This document shows, piece by piece, positions 41,403-45,017 of a stretch of 45,017 bases of DNA. The notes below the pieces were generated by a model that saw nothing but the letters and a program-made list of their open reading frames with translations, was not told the DNA's origin and did no database searches. A program made the translations under genes and the position numbers. Source of the stretch: a virus (lineage: Duplodnaviria > Caudoviricetes); the IMG/VR virus record IMGVR_UViG_3300024996_000126, positions 1-45,017 of that record, one strand, 5' to 3'. Each line of letters starts with the position of its first letter. Positions within the stretch are counted from its first letter, which is position 1.

Positions 41403-43289
41403 TCATGAGCCGAGCAGCTCAAAGACCTTTTCCGATCCTGCATAGCTTATGTGCACAGGGTCGCGATAAATAGGGACGCCATCAATGATGGTGTTGCAAA
41501 TACTATTGGAGCAGATCGCATCCTGGAGATAGATGATCTTGAAGCCGTATTTCTTCTGAAGGGCGGTCAAAACAGCGTTGAGGGTCTTCGTGTTTTTGGC
41601 ATGTTGACTCATGCTGAAGGTACAGTTTTCTTGATCACCGACGAAGATCCGCCCTTTAATTTTCTTCTCCATGCAGTTCAGCAGCTCAGCGTTAATCTGG
41701 GGCGGCGGGAAGACCACTGTCACATCTATGTGGTGATCCATCAGCGCTCTCAGAATCAGATCGAAGTCATCCGTGAATTTCCTTCGGCTTGCTGGTTCGA
41801 TGACGAAACTGTCGCCCTTCTGTGAGAGCATCTTTAGCGTGCCACCCGTGTACCCGGCATAGTTTGCAGCCAATATGACCTTCTTGATGCTGTCGCTCTT
41901 CTTGAGGTAGCCAAGAACGTCGTTGTTGAATTGGATGCAGTTGCGCGATGTTTCGCCTGCGTTCTTATAGGTAGGGATGTATGCTGAGGTGCCAATAAAT
42001 GGCGCGCACGCGGAGTTCGTTGCTTGCAGCAGATCCACGCCCTTGGACTTCTTTAGTCCTTCCACAATCTGCATAGCGAACGAATCCCCCCACACCACAG
42101 TGTCTGGGCTCTCGCTTGTCCTGCAGGCTGGTTTGTCCGAGAAACGAACGTTGCAGGATCCGCTTAAGCCGTAGTTCACCCGCCGTAGGTAGGTAAATCC
42201 AGATTCGCTTTTGTTGTGAAGCTCAACTGAAAGCTGGGTGCCAGCGATCAAGATTCCGATAGAAACCAGAGAAAATGCCAACTTGCCTAGGCTGATCTTT
42301 CCGGCCCGGAAGGGCTCCTCCACGTTTCTGTACATTAGGTAAGCCAGAGCAACTGCGAGGCCGACTGTAAATATGCGCGCGTTGATCGGAATTGCGTGTA
42401 TGAACGCATTATTCATAAACACGATGAGCGGCCAGTGCACCAGGTATAGCGAGTAGGAAATGTTGCCGATGAACACCAAGCCGGTCTTGGGCGCGATCCG
42501 CTCAAAGGTGGCGCTGCGGCCGACGAGGATGGCGACGGTCGCCAGGCAAACGATGGCCGCATCCACTCCAGGGTGGGGGTATCCGGTGCTTGCGAATGGG
42601 ACGATTGCCAAGGCGGCAAACGCCGGCAGCAACATCGCACGGGCGCAGCGGATCATGGTCTGGTTGGCCGCAAACAGCGCGCCCATGGCGCCGATCAATA
42701 GCTCCCAGGCACGAGTCGGGAGCAGATAGAACGCTGTTGAAGGGTCGTCGACAGTAATGATCGCGCAGGCGACCAGGCTGGTGGCTGCCAGAGCGGGGAG
42801 TACATAGCGCCAAGCTTTGGCTGGGGTGAGGGCCAGGATGGCCGGGAACAGGATGTAGAACTGCTCTTCGATGGCCAGCGACCACATGTGCAGCAGAGGT
42901 TTCGAGGCGGCGGCCACGTCGAAGTACCCAACCTGATCCCACAGTACGAAATTGATCGAGAAGGTGAGCGCGCCAACTATCTGGCTTGTCACGTTGTCGG
43001 CCTCAACCGAGTTGAGGAAATAGGCGGACCCTATGGCGGTCAAGAGGATTGTGAGGTACGCGGCCGGCAGCAGACGCTTGGCTCTGCGCAGGTAGAAATC
43101 CTTGAAAGAGAAGGTTCCCGCGGCGATCTGCTTGCTGATGATTCCTGTGATCAAGAAGCCGGAGATCACGAAGAATATATCTACCCCGAGGTAGCCGTTT
43201 TTGAACCAAGTGGCGCCGATATGATCAAGCACCACCAAGGCGACCGCGATGCCGCGCAGCGCCTGTATGTCTGATCTAAATTTTGTCAT
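41403..43289 (-). CDS. O-antigen/polysaccharide O-acetyltransferase (acyltransferase_3 + SGNH, OafA-like)
   Basis: FRSDIQALRGIAV, GVDIFFVISGFLI, HMWSLAIEEQFY, SYSLYLVHWP; SGNH motifs WGDSFA and RDPVH. Confidence 0.93.
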   Translation of the reverse strand: MTKFRSDIQALRGIAVALVVLDHIGATWFKNGYLGVDIFFVISGFLITGIISKQIAAGTFSFKDFYLRRAKRLLPAAYLTILLTAIGSAYFLNSVEADNVTSQIVGALTFSINFVLWDQVGYFDVAAASKPLLHMWSLAIEEQFYILFPAILALTPAKAWRYVLPALAATSLVACAIITVDDPSTAFYLLPTRAWELLIGAMGALFAANQTMIRCARAMLLPAFAALAIVPFASTGYPHPGVDAAIVCLATVAILVGRSATFERIAPKTGLVFIGNISYSLYLVHWPLIVFMNNAFIHAIPINARIFTVGLAVALAYLMYRNVEEPFRAGKISLGKLAFSLVSIGILIAGTQLSVELHNKSESGFTYLRRVNYGLSGSCNVRFSDKPACRTSESPDTVVWGDSFAMQIVEGLKKSKGVDLLQATNSACAPFIGTSAYIPTYKNAGETSRNCIQFNNDVLGYLKKSDSIKKVILAANYAGYTGGTLKMLSQKGDSFVIEPASRRKFTDDFDLILRALMDHHIDVTVVFPPPQINAELLNCMEKKIKGRIFVGDQENCTFSMSQHAKNTKTLNAVLTALQKKYGFKIIYLQDAICSNSICNTIIDGVPIYRDPVHISYAGSEKVFELLGS

Positions 43290-43378
43290 TCCCTATTTCT
43301 TAGTCTCTTAGCAACGCCCGATTCTATACCGATCGACATTGGCTCCCGTCGTGAATGGGAGTGTTCGTCCAACAACCC

Positions 43379-43403
43379 TGCCCGCCCAGCGCGGGCATTT
43401 TTT
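43379..43403 (+). terminator. Intrinsic terminator-like hairpin before the lysis genes
   Basis: TGCCCGC-CCAGC-GCGGGCA-TTTTTT. Confidence 0.75.
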
Positions 43404-43419
43404 CGTCCAAAGGAACGAT

Positions 43420-43743
43420 ATGTCTGAGCCGCTATCCCCGGACACCCGGGCAATCATCAACGCCCTGCGCGAGACAAAGGGCGACGTGGAGCGGCAGATC
43501 GCAGTGATGCTTCGTGCCCAGCAGCAGCTGCAGGCCGATGTGACGGCTCTGCGGGAGGGGTTCCCGGACGGTGACCCAGAAAGCCACCGTCGTTACCACG
43601 AGTCCGTCATGGAGTGGCGAGAGCTGCGAAATCGAATGATCCGTGAAGCCCTGATCAAAGCTGCCCAGGCCGGCGCGGTCGGCGGGCTGGGGTGGGTCGC
43701 ATACGCCGTTTGGACGGCATTCAAGATGGAGGTGATGAGGTGA
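43420..43743 (+). CDS. Coiled-coil protein with C-terminal hydrophobic segment (lysis-region hypothetical)
   Basis: GFPDGDPESHRRYHE, hydrophobic tail; AAGGA RBS. Confidence 0.7.
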   Translation: MSEPLSPDTRAIINALRETKGDVERQIAVMLRAQQQLQADVTALREGFPDGDPESHRRYHESVMEWRELRNRMIREALIKAAQAGAVGGLGWVAYAVWTAFKMEVMR

Positions 43744-43979
43744 AGCTGATCGATGAGTGGCGGCAATGCCACCGGTTTTGGTCTGTGCGCCTGCAAGTAG
43801 CAGGCGTTTTTCTTTTGGGCGTAATGCAGGAGTTTCCCGATGTCGTTTCCCAAGTCTGGCTCGTTCTCCCTTCTGATCTCCGTTCTGAGATCCCTGACAC
43901 AGCTGTTTCGTGGCTCGGATACGCCTGCCTCGGCGCCGGCATCATCGCCCGGATCGTCCGGCAAGATCGGCTCCACTGA
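43740..43979 (+). CDS. Holin
   Basis: MKLIDEWRQCHRFWSVRL; two TM segments; ARIVRQ end; upstream of the endolysin. Confidence 0.8.
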   Translation: MKLIDEWRQCHRFWSVRLQVAGVFLLGVMQEFPDVVSQVWLVLPSDLRSEIPDTAVSWLGYACLGAGIIARIVRQDRLH

Positions 43980-44466
43980 GGCGGCGCCGATCACGATGAG
44001 TCCTCAGGGGCTGCGGGTGCTTCAGCATTTCGAGTCCTGCAGGCTGCGAGCGTACTGGGACGCCACGGGCCGTTGCTGGACCATCGGCTGGGGCGACACC
44101 GGGCCTGATGTCTATGAGGGCCTGGTGATCGACCAGGGCGAAGCGGATGCACGCCTCGAACGCCGGCTGGCGTTGGAATTCGTGCCGGGCGTGCTGGCCG
44201 CTATCACGCGCAGCATGACCAAGGGTCAACTCGATGCCTTGGTCGACCTGGCCTACAACATTGGTGTGACGGCGTTCCAGGGCTCGACGCTGGTCCGAAA
44301 GTTCAACGCGGGCGACACACGGGGCGCTGCCGACGAGTTCCTGCGCTGGGATCGATCTGGTGGTCAGGTGCTGCTGGGCCTGCGCCGGCGGCGCGCTGCT
44401 GATCGTGCGCTGTTCTTGGGCGCGGGCGGGGCCGAGGCTATCAAGATCGGAGAGGCTGTCTCATGA
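43840..44466 (+). CDS. Endolysin, T4-lysozyme-like (GH24)
   Basis: FESCRLRAYWD....WTIGWGDT (E-x8-D-x5-T), AADEFLRW, GLRRRR. Start is either 43840 (AGGAG RBS) or 43996. Confidence 0.92.
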   Translation: MSFPKSGSFSLLISVLRSLTQLFRGSDTPASAPASSPGSSGKIGSTEAAPITMSPQGLRVLQHFESCRLRAYWDATGRCWTIGWGDTGPDVYEGLVIDQGEADARLERRLALEFVPGVLAAITRSMTKGQLDALVDLAYNIGVTAFQGSTLVRKFNAGDTRGAADEFLRWDRSGGQVLLGLRRRRAADRALFLGAGGAEAIKIGEAVS

Positions 44467-44636
44467 TGCGTGCCGCCATGTACCGAATCTTTGTGCTGCT
44501 GGTCTTGCTGATCTCGCCCGTGCTGTTTCCCGCGCTGCTGGTGCTGCTGCGCGTCCTGGACGGCAAGTGGACGGATGGTGGCCTGGCTGAGCTGTACCGC
44601 GAGACGTGGAAACAGTTCTGGCGGGGCTATCCATGA
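44463..44636 (+). CDS. 57-aa membrane protein in the lysis cassette
   Basis: MMRAAMYRIFVLLVLLISPVLFPALLVLLRVLDGKW...; ATGA overlaps at both ends; not in the ORF track. Confidence 0.65.
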   Translation: MMRAAMYRIFVLLVLLISPVLFPALLVLLRVLDGKWTDGGLAELYRETWKQFWRGYP

Positions 44637-44893
44637 TCACGGGCTTTGTTGCCAACATCTGGGGCCGCGTGTGGCCCTACATCGCCGCCGCCGGCGCTGC
44701 GATCGTCGCGGCGCTGGCCATCTGGCGGTCTGGCAAATCTGCAGGCAAGCGTGATGCCCGCATTGATCAACTGGAGGCCGACGCATCGGCCAGGGAGAAA
44801 GCCCGTGAAGCTGCTGCTGAAATCGATCGTCTGGATGATGATGCTGTCCGTGATCGCGCTCGCCAGCGGATGCGCGACGTCGGCCGGCGGTAG
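44633..44893 (+). CDS. i-spanin (Rz-like)
   Basis: N-terminal TM segment followed by a coiled coil. Confidence 0.75.
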   Translation: MITGFVANIWGRVWPYIAAAGAAIVAALAIWRSGKSAGKRDARIDQLEADASAREKAREAAAEIDRLDDDAVRDRARQRMRDVGRR

Positions 44894-45017
44894 CTATTGC
44901 CAGGTGGTGCAGCGGCCGTTCGAGTGGCGGTCGGACGCTGAGATCGATGCCACGCCCGCTAGGCCGCTGCGGTGGATCGAGGCCGAGGCCGCTACCTGGA
45001 AGAAGGTGTGTGGGTGA
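44805..45017 (+). CDS. o-spanin lipoprotein (Rz1-like)
   Basis: Lipobox ASGC, two further Cys; overlaps the i-spanin 3' end in another frame. Confidence 0.8.
   Translation: MKLLLKSIVWMMMLSVIALASGCATSAGGSYCQVVQRPFEWRSDAEIDATPARPLRWIEAEAATWKKVCG

Larger units (their letters stand above)
1..45017. mobile_element. Temperate prophage (lambdoid gene order, long non-contractile tail), integrase to spanins
   Basis: Complete ordered modules: integrase, recombination, cI/cro switch, replication, terminase/portal/capsid, tail tube, tape measure, tail tip, tailspike, holin/endolysin/spanins. No sheath gene seen. Confidence 0.97.

Noticed and set aside
1-45017. CRISPR array, tRNA genes, att sites, IS elements
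   Set aside because: No repeat-spacer array, cloverleaf or transposase recognised by eye. The window ends at gene stops, so att sites cannot be assessed.

Overview
The whole window is one apparently intact temperate (lambdoid-organised, siphovirus-type) prophage from a GC-rich host, probably a betaproteobacterium (inferred from gene content and a CTGT-N8-ACAG-type SOS box). It runs from the integrase stop (base 1) to the o-spanin stop (base 45017), so the att sites fall outside the window. Gene order: int/xis; a leftward early operon (C5 DNA methyltransferase with five internal repeats, SbcC-like ATPase, RecT/RecE, small genes); an immunity region with cargo genes between PL and cI; cI/cro; a rightward early operon (CII-like, replication initiator with iterons, RusA, Q-like); terminase, portal, head and tail genes; a tailspike next to an O-antigen acetyltransferase; and the lysis cassette. 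Main observations: (1) every antisense cargo gene in the two early operons is overlaid by translationally coupled sense-strand 'bridge' ORFs, while late-operon cargo genes are not; (2) a short CI with no self-cleavage domain is paired with a small LexA-box-controlled candidate antirepressor; (3) the cargo includes a SLATT-like membrane protein coupled to a Q/P-rich peptide, an Ibs-like 22-aa peptide, an exported nuclease and an ART-like protein. Family names come from motif recognition; no database search was run.
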